Source: Parcubacteria group bacterium
GTDB taxonomy: Bacteria > Patescibacteriota > Patescibacteriia > UBA2169
Assembly (NCBI GenBank): GCA_016181765.1
Contig: JACOYR010000001.1
Location: 93,062 to 157,061, forward strand
Direction: 5' to 3'
Length of the DNA: 64,000 bases
In this document: positions 17,122 through 27,336 of the stretch, piece after piece
Numbering within the stretch: the first letter of the stretch is position 1
Layout of the letters: each line of letters opens with the position of its first letter
Notes under the pieces: model-generated
The model's input: the letters and a program-made list of their open reading frames with translations, nothing else
What the model was told of the DNA's origin: nothing
Database searches by the model: none
Made by a program: the position numbers and the translations under genes

Positions 17122-19200
17122 CTATGTTCCAACATTCACCCCCCCCTTATAACCATCTTCAAAAACTTTGAACACGGAATCCTGCGCAAAGTCAACGCCG
17201 AACTTGCTGAACACCCGTACCTCGGTAGCCCTGCCCCGGCCTGACCCCGCGATAATCTCTGCCGTAGCATCCGCATCCACATTTCCGACCGCGAGGTTGG
17301 TGCCGCCCCGGAACGAAGGCTCAAATGCGAAGAACTGGGTTTCCACGTCTCCGTTTGATGAGAACACGCGCACCTGGGGCCCTCCCCCGAACCCGGCCGC
17401 GGTGACCACTTCAAGCGCCCCGTCCCCATCCACATCCCCCACCGCAACATTGAGGCCTCCGCGGAAGAACTTGGGATACGCGAGCCATGATGCCTCCTGC
17501 ACTCCCATCTTATCAAAAATCTGGACCAGCGGCAACGAGCCGCCTCCGGTACCTGTAATAACCTCAACTTCGCCGTCTTTGTCAATATCAGCCGCTTGCA
17601 CCGTAACCCCGCCGACCAAGCCGTCTGCTGTAACTTTGAATGACCATTTGATTGCGCCGCCTTTGTCAACGATTTTAACCTCGCTTGAGAGCCCGGAGCC
17701 GGCTGATGCCACAATCTCGTCAATTCCGTCTTTGTCAAAATCAGCCACTGCCACGTGCACGCCCCCGCGGAAATGCGAATCATACGCAAAGAACTGGCCC
17801 TCCACTTCCCCGCGAGTATTGAATATGCGCACTTGCGGCCCGCCTCCACCCCCTGCTCCGGTGATGATTTCCAGCTCCCCGTCTCCGTCCACGTCCCCGG
17901 AAACAACTTCAGCGCCGCCTCGGAAAAACGCGGGGTAGGCGCGCCACGAAAATGCCCCTTCTCCGCCCGGCCCGGACATACGCACGTCAACGGTGCGGTT
18001 CTGGCCGGATGAGGCAAGAATGCGCTTCGGCGCTTGCGAAATTGCTGAACGCGCCGGTGATGCGGTCCGCTTTGAGCCGTCCCCCGCTGTTTCAGCGGCT
18101 TTCTTGACTGCTGCAGCCGCGTTCAAAAGCCCGGCGCCGAGCTGGCCGCCATAGATGCCGTTGGCACGATCTATGTTTATCGCGGTCTCGCGGACAATGG
18201 AAATAACTTGGCTGTTGGAGAGCGTTGGGTTTATTGACTTCATTAAGCCCGCAACTCCAGACGCAATAGGTGCGGCGACTGACGTGCCCTGCCAGCCTCC
18301 GCGGTACCGGTTCTCAAAATCTTTGCCTAAAGCCGGGTCATAGAGCTGGGGCCCGGCAATGCCGTCCCCCGGCGTGTTGATGTCAATGCACGAAAACCCG
18401 TAATTGGAAAAATCGGACTTAGCGTTGTTGCTGCCGAGAGACCCCACGCCCAGGACGCGGTTTGCGCCTCCGTCCAAACACACCGGGTACAAAGGCCTGA
18501 AATCCAGGTCCCCTGCAATAAACCCACTGTCCGCGTCATTGCCCACTGCCGCAACCAGGATCACGCCCGCCTCGTACGCCCGAGCCACAGCATCGGAGAG
18601 GGCCGCGTCCGTGAGCGCTCCCACAAAGCTCATGTTGATGATGTCAGCCCCGTTTGCCACGGCATAATCAATGGCTTTCGCAATGTGCGCGGTGTCGCCC
18701 TCGCCGTTTGAGTCCAGGGCGCGCAAAGCCATGATCTTGCAGGTCCAGCACACCCCGGCCAAGCCGATCCCGTTGTTGGTGGCAGCAGCCGCGACCCCAG
18801 CCACGGTGGTGCCATGGTTTGCCCCGCCGAACGTATAGCCATTCCCAAACTTCGGGTGCGGATCAGAAACCTCATCCAAAAAATCCCAGCCGTTCAAATC
18901 ATCAACATAGCCGTTCTGGTCGTCATCAATGCCGTTGAGGGGTTTTTCCCCTCGGTTGAACCACATGTTTCCGATGAGGTCAGGGTGATCTGTGTCCGTG
19001 CCCGCGTCAATCACCGCAATAATGACGCCGCGCGACCCAGTAGTCAAATCCCAGGCTCCGGGAAGCTGTATCTGGTTAAAATCCGCTGCCTGTTCCTCGG
19101 CATAGAACGGGTCATTGGGCGCCACAGCCGCGAACGCAAAAACCGGCGCGAGCAGGCCCGCAATAGAAGCAAGGAGCAGTTGTGGCGCTCGCTTCCGCAT
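17122..19200 (-). CDS. Secreted S8 subtilisin-like protease with FG-GAP repeats
   Basis: Signal peptide; triad IDAG / HGT / GTS; repeated GDVDGDG...GGGPQVR. Confidence 0.92.
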   Translation of the reverse strand: MRKRAPQLLLASIAGLLAPVFAFAAVAPNDPFYAEEQAADFNQIQLPGAWDLTTGSRGVIIAVIDAGTDTDHPDLIGNMWFNRGEKPLNGIDDDQNGYVDDLNGWDFLDEVSDPHPKFGNGYTFGGANHGTTVAGVAAAATNNGIGLAGVCWTCKIMALRALDSNGEGDTAHIAKAIDYAVANGADIINMSFVGALTDAALSDAVARAYEAGVILVAAVGNDADSGFIAGDLDFRPLYPVCLDGGANRVLGVGSLGSNNAKSDFSNYGFSCIDINTPGDGIAGPQLYDPALGKDFENRYRGGWQGTSVAAPIASGVAGLMKSINPTLSNSQVISIVRETAINIDRANGIYGGQLGAGLLNAAAAVKKAAETAGDGSKRTASPARSAISQAPKRILASSGQNRTVDVRMSGPGGEGAFSWRAYPAFFRGGAEVVSGDVDGDGELEIITGAGGGGGPQVRIFNTRGEVEGQFFAYDSHFRGGVHVAVADFDKDGIDEIVASAGSGLSSEVKIVDKGGAIKWSFKVTADGLVGGVTVQAADIDKDGEVEVITGTGGGSLPLVQIFDKMGVQEASWLAYPKFFRGGLNVAVGDVDGDGALEVVTAAGFGGGPQVRVFSSNGDVETQFFAFEPSFRGGTNLAVGNVDADATAEIIAGSGRGRATEVRVFSKFGVDFAQDSVFKVFEDGYKGGVNVGT

Positions 19201-19202
19201 AG

Positions 19203-19874
19203 TTACTCTCCAACGCCCAGCGCGCGCCCGAGCCGCTCAACGTGCGCGGCCGCATCTTTATTGTCCGGCTCCGCAACACTCACCTCGCTCCAGTACACCC
19301 ATGCCTGCCGAATGTCGCCGCGGTCTTCCAAAAATTGCGCGTACTCTGCCCAGATTTCAGGGCTTGCGGTGTAGTCGCTCGCGGCCCGAAAAATGTTCTC
19401 AAGCTCGTCCGATCTCCCTGGGAAATGGCGCTTGTAGAGCGTAATCAGCGCTTGGAACGGCTTGGGGTCGCGCGGCTCAAGCTGGGTTGCGGCGCGGAGC
19501 GCGCTGTTCGCATCCTCAAAACGCTCCATGTCGCCGTATAATATACCGAGGTGCATGTAGACGATATAATCGCGGCTGTTGATTTTGAGCGCTGATTTGA
19601 ATGCCCGTTCCGCAGCCGAAAGCCGCCCGAGCTTTTGTTCCAGGATGCCCATGGAAATGCGAGCATCAACGTCTTGGGAATTTTCAAGTGATTTTTGGCG
19701 CACGCTTGCAAGTTCAGCCTCAAGCTCTTCGCGGTATTCGTCCGTAATGTTGGGCAGAACCACAACATCCGGCTTTAGCTTTTGGTATGCTCCAAACCCG
19801 GCTCCCCCCACGAGCGCCAATGCCCCAAACGCGCCCAGAGCGAGTATGATTTTTTCTTTCTTCTTAAGCCGCAT
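19203..19874 (-). CDS. Membrane-anchored TPR protein
   Basis: N-terminal TM followed by TPR-like helices. Confidence 0.8.
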   Translation of the reverse strand: MRLKKKEKIILALGAFGALALVGGAGFGAYQKLKPDVVVLPNITDEYREELEAELASVRQKSLENSQDVDARISMGILEQKLGRLSAAERAFKSALKINSRDYIVYMHLGILYGDMERFEDANSALRAATQLEPRDPKPFQALITLYKRHFPGRSDELENIFRAASDYTASPEIWAEYAQFLEDRGDIRQAWVYWSEVSVAEPDNKDAAAHVERLGRALGVGE

Positions 19875-19879
19875 GCCCG

Positions 19880-22207
19880 TTACTCACTGATAAAATCAGC
19901 GGCCCCGCTTTTCACTTTTTGCACAAAATCATCAACCTGGCCTTTGAGCGATGGATCAGCGGCTACCACGTCCTCTGTCGCAACAATGGCTTCCTCGGTT
20001 CTTCCCATCTGCGCGAGAGTCGCCGCAACTTTTGCGTATGCATTGCCGCTTCCAGTATCTTTCGCGACTTTTTGGTAAAGCCGGAGCAGGCGCTCCCAAT
20101 CGCCCTGCCCTGCAAGCGCGGAAGCGACCGGCTGGGCTTCGCTCTCGCTCCGAAACGTGTAGCCCGCGGAAAGGGCTGCGTCCGCGCTTGCAATGCCGGG
20201 CCCATACTCGCCTGCCTGCAGGTACGCGAACGCCAATAACCAATGGGTTATCCCGTTGTCCGGATTAATCTCTGTGGTCGCAACAAGTGTGCTAATTCCC
20301 TTTTCTCGGTCGCCCATAATCAAGTAGGTGTTCGCGAGCGAGTGGAACACCTGCTGCCGCGCGCTCCCGAGTTCTGCCGCCTCCGTAAGGATGCGTTCGG
20401 CTTTCTGCAGGACGCGTCGCGAGGCTTGCGCATCCTGCTGTTGCCGCAGTACCTCGCCGTACACGTTTAACGTGTTCCCGTAGGAGAGCAAAAGCCTCAC
20501 GTCCTTGGGATTGCGCTCAATAATCTGGTCAAGCGCATCCATAAGAAACGAGTACCCGCGCTGTAGTTCCGCAACCGTCAGTTCCCCGGAAAGAGCGCGT
20601 TGGCCTAGGTACTGCGAGAGCTTGATGCCCACTTCGCGGCTGTCAAAACCGGAAAGTTCAAAAATTGTTTTGTAGCTTTCCATGGTTTTTGAAAAGGGCT
20701 GGGCCTGCGCGTACGCAAGGTTCGTAAGCAACAGCCGGTTGTGGGTGACGAGCTTGATGTTGCCCGCGTATGCGACCGGCGCCATGAGCCCGAGCGCTAC
20801 CAGCCCGCCAACCCACCAGTGCCGCTCCGGAATGCGGGGAAGGAATTCGCGCGCCTGGTCAAGAGTTCCGGAAAGCAAGCGCCCAAGCGCGCCTCCCGCG
20901 TCCCCGGCTTTGCCAGTGCGCGCCACAATGTAGCCAACGAGCGCCGTAAGCATTACGTACGAGCTGACCGTATCAAACACAAATAAATTCTGGATGAAGT
21001 AGCCGGCCAGAAACGCCAGAATAACGAGCGCTTCCATGCGGTGTTCTAGCTCGCGTACGCCCATCCGGTACAAGCTGTATGCGAGCGCAATCCCCACCCC
21101 AAGGTACGCAAGCAACCCGAAAATGCCCATGGTCACCGCAACCTCAAGCACCATATTGTGCGCCCGATCCCACCAGGTCTCATCCCCTACAAGCCCGTAA
21201 AACGCGGGGTCAAAATACTGGTTAAACACCACGTCAAATTTTTGCGGTCCCACGCCCAACCAGAAGTTGTCCTTAAACCCGGCCACAGCCCCGCGCCAGG
21301 AAACCAAACGCGTCTGGATGGTTGAGTCAGCCAGGTCAATCCTAAAGAGCCGGCCGAAGTTCTGGGTCACGAGTGCGCTCTTGCCCACCAAGCCATAGAG
21401 CAAGGCGAGCGCCACAACGAACGCGAAAAATCCCTGCCCCACCCTGCGTTTTATGCGCGCGGTAGTGCCCCACAGGAGCGTGCCTAGGAAAAATATAATA
21501 ACCGAAGCAATAAAGCCGAGAAACGCGCCCCGCACTCCAGTTAAAAGGTACGCGCTAAAAATTAAAACCAATGCAGCTCCGGCCGAGCCGCGCCACCACA
21601 TGCCGATTGAGCGCTCAATGATTATGATCAGCGCAAAGGTAATGTTAAACAAAAGGTATACCGCGAGGAATGCGGGATTTGCAATGGTGCCGGTAATACG
21701 GCCGAGGTCAGTTTCATAAATAGTCAAGGGCCCAAACGTTGCAACCCCGGCGCGCTGCAGGAACCCATAGCCCGATATCAAGCTTGCCGCGGCAATGGAC
21801 CAAGAGAGTAGCACGAGCCAGTCCCTGCGGCTCCGCAGTACGCTTGGAGCGATAACAATCACAGCCCAGTAGTGCAGCCAGCTGAAGATGCCATCCATGC
21901 GCTCGTAGTTGCCCCAAAAACTGTAACTGAAGTTCTCGCCCGCAAGCGAAGTCAAAAGCACCAAGGCCGCGAACACAACCAGCGCCGCATACGCCACATG
22001 GTAGCGCGGCCGGAACGCCGGTGACAAGATTGCCAGCGCAACATATGCAACCACTGCGACCTCAATCAAAAGCCGAAAGTACACGGCTTTCGGAAAAATG
22101 GCCGGAAAAAAGTAATCAGCCGAAAGCAAAAGCGGCGCCAAAACCGCAAGGCACAAACACGCCTTAATAATCCGTGCCAATACTCGCTCAATGGTTGCCT
22201 GGTGCAT
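19880..22207 (-). CDS. O-antigen ligase family (Wzy_C) protein with C-terminal TPRs
   Basis: Multi-TM; GTIANP, TRLVSW, RAHNMVLE; TPR tail. Confidence 0.88.
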   Translation of the reverse strand: MHQATIERVLARIIKACLCLAVLAPLLLSADYFFPAIFPKAVYFRLLIEVAVVAYVALAILSPAFRPRYHVAYAALVVFAALVLLTSLAGENFSYSFWGNYERMDGIFSWLHYWAVIVIAPSVLRSRRDWLVLLSWSIAAASLISGYGFLQRAGVATFGPLTIYETDLGRITGTIANPAFLAVYLLFNITFALIIIIERSIGMWWRGSAGAALVLIFSAYLLTGVRGAFLGFIASVIIFFLGTLLWGTTARIKRRVGQGFFAFVVALALLYGLVGKSALVTQNFGRLFRIDLADSTIQTRLVSWRGAVAGFKDNFWLGVGPQKFDVVFNQYFDPAFYGLVGDETWWDRAHNMVLEVAVTMGIFGLLAYLGVGIALAYSLYRMGVRELEHRMEALVILAFLAGYFIQNLFVFDTVSSYVMLTALVGYIVARTGKAGDAGGALGRLLSGTLDQAREFLPRIPERHWWVGGLVALGLMAPVAYAGNIKLVTHNRLLLTNLAYAQAQPFSKTMESYKTIFELSGFDSREVGIKLSQYLGQRALSGELTVAELQRGYSFLMDALDQIIERNPKDVRLLLSYGNTLNVYGEVLRQQQDAQASRRVLQKAERILTEAAELGSARQQVFHSLANTYLIMGDREKGISTLVATTEINPDNGITHWLLAFAYLQAGEYGPGIASADAALSAGYTFRSESEAQPVASALAGQGDWERLLRLYQKVAKDTGSGNAYAKVAATLAQMGRTEEAIVATEDVVAADPSLKGQVDDFVQKVKSGAADFISE

Positions 22208-22252
22208 TGCTTAATTGTACCCAATCCGCGGCCCCTATGCAAATGGGGTACC

Positions 22253-22281
22253 TTGATTTTTGCACGGCGCTGTGGTATAGT
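22253..22281 (+). promoter_or_regulatory. Sigma70-like promoter of the RND operon
   Basis: TTGATT-17 nt-TATAGT with TG extension. Confidence 0.6.
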
Positions 22282-22299
22282 CCATTACTTGATTATTGT

Positions 22300-24081
22300 A
22301 TGAATTTCGTCAACGCCATGCCAAATAAGGAAAAACGGCTCAAGCGCCTCCGCATTGCCATGTTCGTGGTTGGCACAGCGCTCGCGGTTGCCGTGGGAGC
22401 CGCCGCAAAACAAGCCTTACAGCCAAGCAAGGCATCTGACGCGCCAGCCATATCAGAGCTTAAAACCATACAGGTCAAAACCATTTCAGTCGGCGACCAG
22501 GCCTCGGGGGAGATTGTTTCCACGGCTGGCGTGGTAACCGCAAAGACTAAAATTGATGTGTCAGCGCTTGCCGGAGGCACGGTGCAGGAACTGCTCTTTA
22601 GTGTGGGCGACAGCGTTTCCCCGAACCAACTGCTTGCGACTTTGTACGACGGCAGCACGCTTACCAGCTACCAGACTACCAGCGCAAACTACCAAAACGT
22701 GGCGCAGTCCGTTGCCGCAGCCAAGCAATCCGCCCAAGAAGCGGTAAGGCTGGCCCAGATTTCTGTTGAACAGGCGAACCAGTCCGTTGCAAGCGCGGAA
22801 ACAAGCTTGGCGAGCGCCGAGGAAAGCTACCAAGCCACCCTGCCCATCCACGAGCAGCAGTTAAAAAAAACCATCCAGGATGCCCTGGTTTCGTACCACA
22901 CGAACCTTGCAGGCGTGCAGGCAAGCTTGGATGACATCAACTACATCATACGGGCCGAGGGAACGGGCCAATTGGAAGATATTTCACCCACGCTCTCCAT
23001 AAACGACCCCGCGTCCCTGGTTCGTGCGCGCGAAAGCTGGAAAACCGCAAAAGCGGGCTATAACAGCCAGATTCTCCGAGAAACTTCCGAGGAAAACATC
23101 AAAGAGCGGCTCGCGGAGCTCGCGGGCGTACTCGGGCAAACGCTCGCAGCCGCCAATGACGCGGTCGCGGTATTGCAGTACACGGCTCCGAATTTCCTGT
23201 TTACGGAAAGCGAGCTGAAGGCCGAGCAAACCGCAATGGTCAGCTTAAAGACGGGCGTGGCCCAGAACAGAGCATTGGTCACGATCAGCCTTGACGCAAT
23301 TGGCGCTATAAAAACCAGCCAGCAAAAAGAGCAAACCGCGCTCCAAAACGCCGCCAAAACCGCGGAAAACCAGCTGGAGGCCAGCCGCATTGCCCGCGAC
23401 TCCGCCGAAGCCCAGCTTTCAAGCGCCCGTGCGGGCTACGACCGCGAGCTTGCGGGCGCCCAAACGTCGCTCAATAGCGCGTCTGGAAGCCGCAACCTGG
23501 CGTCCCAGGCAGTTGCGGATTTGTCCGTGCGCTCGCCCATCAGCGGCACGGCCACGGCGCGCTACGTTGAAATCGGGACCAAAGTCGCGCCCGGCCAAAA
23601 AATCGCCGAAGTGTCGCAAACTGATTTGGCCGCCATTGAAGTAGGGCTCTCCCTTGAACTGGCCAAGCGCGTCCGGATCGGGGACGCCGCGGTGATAGAG
23701 GGAACCTTCTATGGAGTCATAAGCCGCATTGATCCAACCGCAGACTCGTTCAGCCGGAAAATCAATATGGAAATCGCCTTTGACAACACTAACAAGGACC
23801 TCATTCCGGAAACGTTCGTCAACGTTGAAATTCCGCTCGCCCCCGCAAACAAAGAAACCAACGAAAGCGTCCTTGTTCCGCTCAAAGCGGTTTCCATTGC
23901 CCCAGCCGAGCGGTACGTGTTTGTCGTGCAAGAGGGAAAAGCGAAAAAAGTCCTCGTTGAAACCGGGGCAACCGCAGGCCTTGACATTGAAATCACGAGG
24001 GGGCTCGCACGGGGAGACGAGCTGATTGTTGAAGGGAACCGCGGGCTCCGGGACGGGCAAGAGGTGTATGCTGACCAATAA
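22300..24081 (+). CDS. RND efflux periplasmic adaptor with very long coiled coil
   Basis: N-terminal TM, lipoyl halves (VGDSV, RSPISG), long helical insert; alternative start 22318. Confidence 0.85.
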   Translation: MNFVNAMPNKEKRLKRLRIAMFVVGTALAVAVGAAAKQALQPSKASDAPAISELKTIQVKTISVGDQASGEIVSTAGVVTAKTKIDVSALAGGTVQELLFSVGDSVSPNQLLATLYDGSTLTSYQTTSANYQNVAQSVAAAKQSAQEAVRLAQISVEQANQSVASAETSLASAEESYQATLPIHEQQLKKTIQDALVSYHTNLAGVQASLDDINYIIRAEGTGQLEDISPTLSINDPASLVRARESWKTAKAGYNSQILRETSEENIKERLAELAGVLGQTLAAANDAVAVLQYTAPNFLFTESELKAEQTAMVSLKTGVAQNRALVTISLDAIGAIKTSQQKEQTALQNAAKTAENQLEASRIARDSAEAQLSSARAGYDRELAGAQTSLNSASGSRNLASQAVADLSVRSPISGTATARYVEIGTKVAPGQKIAEVSQTDLAAIEVGLSLELAKRVRIGDAAVIEGTFYGVISRIDPTADSFSRKINMEIAFDNTNKDLIPETFVNVEIPLAPANKETNESVLVPLKAVSIAPAERYVFVVQEGKAKKVLVETGATAGLDIEITRGLARGDELIVEGNRGLRDGQEVYADQ

Positions 24082-27000
24082 CCACCGCAACAAAGCAGAG
24101 CGCGAAGCGAGGTCGCTATTCGGATTTTTCATTGCCAAATTCCGGCTCACCTACCTCATTCTTGGGGCAATCATCCTTCTGGGCTCGTTCTCGCTCTTCA
24201 CCCTGCCGCGCGAAGCTGACCCGGAAGTCCAAATTCCTTTTGCCGTCGTGAGCGCCGTATACCCGGGTGCCACACCCCAGGATGTGGAAGCCCTCGTCAC
24301 GGACAAACTGGAAGACAAAATAGCAACCCTGGAGCAGGTGCGCAGGTTCACCTCAAGCTCAAACACGGGCATCTCCTCCATCTTTGTTGAGTACGAGGCC
24401 GAAGCAGACCTCGCGGAAAGCATCCGCAAGCTTGAGGACGCGGTGAGCGAGGCCGCGCCGTCCCTGCCCTCGGACGCCCTTGACCCCGTGGTCACCGAGA
24501 TACGCGCCAATGACTTCCCGATCGTCACCTACAGCCTGGTGGGCGGCTATAGCGGCCAGGAACTAAAAGATTTCGCCGAAACCCTGCAGGCCGCATTTGA
24601 AAACATCAGAGGAGTTTCCAAGGTTCCGATTCTCGGGGGAACCGCGCGCGAATTCCAAATCATCGCGGATCCCGCGCGGCTTGCGAACTTCGGCATCTCC
24701 TTGGGCCAGGTGGCTGGAGCAATCGGAAGGGCCAATATAAACGTTCCCGCGGGCAGCATTGATATTGACGGCTTCTCCTATAACGTCCGCGTGCAGGGCT
24801 CTTTCCAGGCCGCCGAAGAGCTCGCGGGCGTGGTCATCGCAACCGCGCAAAACACTCCGGTGTATGTTTCAGACGTTGCCCGGATTTTGGATACCACGGC
24901 GTCCAAGCGAACCGAATCCCGCATCGGTTTTCCGGGCCAGGAACCCCAGAACACCATCTCGCTCCAAATTTTCAAGCGGACCGGCGGCAACATTTTGGAC
25001 ATTGTTGATGAATCCAAGGAGGCCGTGGAAACCCTGCAGGCGAACCAATCGCTCCCCAACGGGCTGCATGTTGAAAAAACCAACGACAACGCGGTCTTCA
25101 TCAGGGACGATCTCGCAACGCTCGGAACAAACGGCATCCAAACCATGCTCCTGATTTTCATTCTGCTCGCCCTGGTCATCGGGTTCCGTGAAGCCGTGAT
25201 CACTGGGCTTTCGGTCCCCATTGCGTTCCTCGCGGCGTTTATCGCGCTCCAGATCCAGGGCATGACCTTGAACGGCATCGTGCTCTTTGCATTGGTGCTC
25301 TCGCTCGGGCTTATGGTTGACAACTCAATCGTCATCATTGAGGGCATCAACGAGTTTATGGAAAAACACGGCATGAATTCCCGGGACGCGGCCTTGGCGA
25401 GCATTGCGGCCTACAAGTGGCCCATTGTATCCGGAACCCTCACCACGGTTGCCGCGTTTTTGCCCATGCTCCTCGTTTCCGGCATTGTGGGAGACTACCT
25501 CTCCTACATGCCGAAAACAATTACCTGGACCCTGCTCGCCTCCCTGTTCGTGGCGCTCGTGATCCTGCCGACCATTATCTCCCGCGCCCTCAAGAACGGC
25601 ACGAAAAAAATACAGGCCGAAACTCGCCGAGGCATTGTGCATAGGCTCATTGAGAGCAACAAAGAGCCCTACGCCCGGCTCCTTGTAGGCATCCTGCCGA
25701 GCAAGAAAAAGCGGCGCGCCATACTCGCGGCTGTGTGGGTGCTCTTTATGGTAAGCCTTGCCCTGCCTATTTCCGGGCTCATGAAAATAGAAATGTTCCC
25801 CCGGATCAACTTGGACTACTTCGTCATCAACGTGGAACTCCCGGAGGGCAGCGTGCTCGCCTCAACGGACCGCATCACGCAAGCGGCGGAACGCGTCGTC
25901 GCCCGCATTCCGGAACTCAAGAACTACGTCACCAACCTCGGCACCTCGGCTTCGCTTGGCCTTACGGATGCGTTCTCATCAGGAGGCGGAGACTCCGGCA
26001 ACCGCGCAACCATCACGGTCAACCTTGTTGATAAAGGCGAGCGCGAGCGCACGAGTTTTGCAGTCGCGGATGCGGTCCGCAAAGAGCTTGAAGCAATCCA
26101 GGGCGGGACGGTCCGCGTGCAGGAATTGTCCGCAGGGCCCCCCACGGGCGCGCCCATTGAAATGCGCATCATCGGCAACGACAGCGAGGCGCTCGCCGAG
26201 GCGGCGCGCGATATCACTGCGGCGCTTGAAAGTATCCCGGGCGCTATCAATGTGGAGACGAGCATCAGCGAATCCCCGGCTGAATTTACCTACACCATAG
26301 ACAAGCAAAAAGCCAACTACTACGGCCTGGATATCGCGGCCGTGGCCGCCTCCGCGCGCACGGCCATTTTTGGGGCCACCGCGTCCACAGCAACCATTGC
26401 CGGGGAAGACGTTGACATTATGGTCAAGTATGATGATGCGGCGTTTGGCACCAGTTCAAGCCTGGAGCACATCATCCTGGAAACGCCGTCCGGAGCCGCC
26501 ATTCCCCTCTCCTCGGTGGCGCGCCTTTCGCTTGAGCCCGCTTCCGCATCCATCAGCCACCGCAATGGCGACAAAGTCATAACCGTGCGCGCGGAGGCAG
26601 CTGAGGGAGCGAGCGTGCCGGGCATTCTTGACGCCTTCAACCAGGCGCGCGAGGGCAGTGCCCTGCCCGAGGGCATAAGCCTTGAAATCGGCGGGGAAGT
26701 GGAGGATATCCAGCAGTCGTTTACGGAAATGTTCTACTCCATGATCCTTGCGGTGCTCTTGATCCTCATCATTCTGGTGCTGCAGTTCAATTCGTTCCGC
26801 CAGCCGTTCATCATCATGTTCACCCTGCCCTTGGCCATGATCGGCGTTATCGCGGGCTTGATGGCAACGCGCCAGCCATTTTCGTTTCCCGTATTCATTG
26901 GCCTGGTCTCGCTCGCCGGCATCGCGGTCAACGACGCCATTGTGCTGATTGATAAAATCAACAGCAACATCGCGGAAGGCAAAGAATTCCTGGATGCGAT

Positions 27001-27226
27001 CATTGATGCCGGCACCTCCCGCGTCCAACCCATACTCTTAACGACCTTCACCACGGTGGCGGGCATTTTTCCGCTCATCTGGTCCAGCGAGCTCTGGCGC
27101 GGCTTGAGTATTACCATTGTGTTCGGCCTCCTGTCCGCGACATTCCTGACCCTCGTCATCATTCCGGTCTTGTATGCGGGATTCGGCCGCAAAGAAGCGC
27201 TGGCGCGCCAACTCGGCGAACACTAA
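24068..27226 (+). CDS. AcrB/AcrD/AcrF family RND permease
   Basis: ~1050 aa; GLMVDNSIV, GIAVNDAIV, RVQPILLT. Confidence 0.93.
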   Translation: MLTNNHRNKAEREARSLFGFFIAKFRLTYLILGAIILLGSFSLFTLPREADPEVQIPFAVVSAVYPGATPQDVEALVTDKLEDKIATLEQVRRFTSSSNTGISSIFVEYEAEADLAESIRKLEDAVSEAAPSLPSDALDPVVTEIRANDFPIVTYSLVGGYSGQELKDFAETLQAAFENIRGVSKVPILGGTAREFQIIADPARLANFGISLGQVAGAIGRANINVPAGSIDIDGFSYNVRVQGSFQAAEELAGVVIATAQNTPVYVSDVARILDTTASKRTESRIGFPGQEPQNTISLQIFKRTGGNILDIVDESKEAVETLQANQSLPNGLHVEKTNDNAVFIRDDLATLGTNGIQTMLLIFILLALVIGFREAVITGLSVPIAFLAAFIALQIQGMTLNGIVLFALVLSLGLMVDNSIVIIEGINEFMEKHGMNSRDAALASIAAYKWPIVSGTLTTVAAFLPMLLVSGIVGDYLSYMPKTITWTLLASLFVALVILPTIISRALKNGTKKIQAETRRGIVHRLIESNKEPYARLLVGILPSKKKRRAILAAVWVLFMVSLALPISGLMKIEMFPRINLDYFVINVELPEGSVLASTDRITQAAERVVARIPELKNYVTNLGTSASLGLTDAFSSGGGDSGNRATITVNLVDKGERERTSFAVADAVRKELEAIQGGTVRVQELSAGPPTGAPIEMRIIGNDSEALAEAARDITAALESIPGAINVETSISESPAEFTYTIDKQKANYYGLDIAAVAASARTAIFGATASTATIAGEDVDIMVKYDDAAFGTSSSLEHIILETPSGAAIPLSSVARLSLEPASASISHRNGDKVITVRAEAAEGASVPGILDAFNQAREGSALPEGISLEIGGEVEDIQQSFTEMFYSMILAVLLILIILVLQFNSFRQPFIIMFTLPLAMIGVIAGLMATRQPFSFPVFIGLVSLAGIAVNDAIVLIDKINSNIAEGKEFLDAIIDAGTSRVQPILLTTFTTVAGIFPLIWSSELWRGLSITIVFGLLSATFLTLVIIPVLYAGFGRKEALARQLGEH

Positions 27227-27232
27227 AACGAT

Positions 27233-27272
27233 TGTCATTGCGAGGAGGCGTACTCGCCGACAAAACAATCTT
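27233..27272 (+). repeat. Palindrome family 2 half copy
   Basis: TGTCATTGCGAG-GAGGCGTACTCGCCGA-CAAAACAATCTT matches the left arm at 9947, including CGTACTCG. Confidence 0.75.
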
Positions 27273-27279
27273 ACCAATC

Positions 27280-27312
27280 AAAAACAGCCTGCCGAATCGG
27301 CGGGCTGTTTTT
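27280..27312. terminator. Bidirectional intrinsic terminator
   Basis: AAAAACAGCCTGCCGAATCGGCGGGCTGTTTTT between convergent genes. Confidence 0.8.
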
Positions 27313-27336
27313 ATAACATCAAACTATACTTTCTGG

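Noticed and set aside
17170-17950. Repeated sequence blocks in the protease 3' half
   Set aside because: These are ordinary FG-GAP protein repeats.
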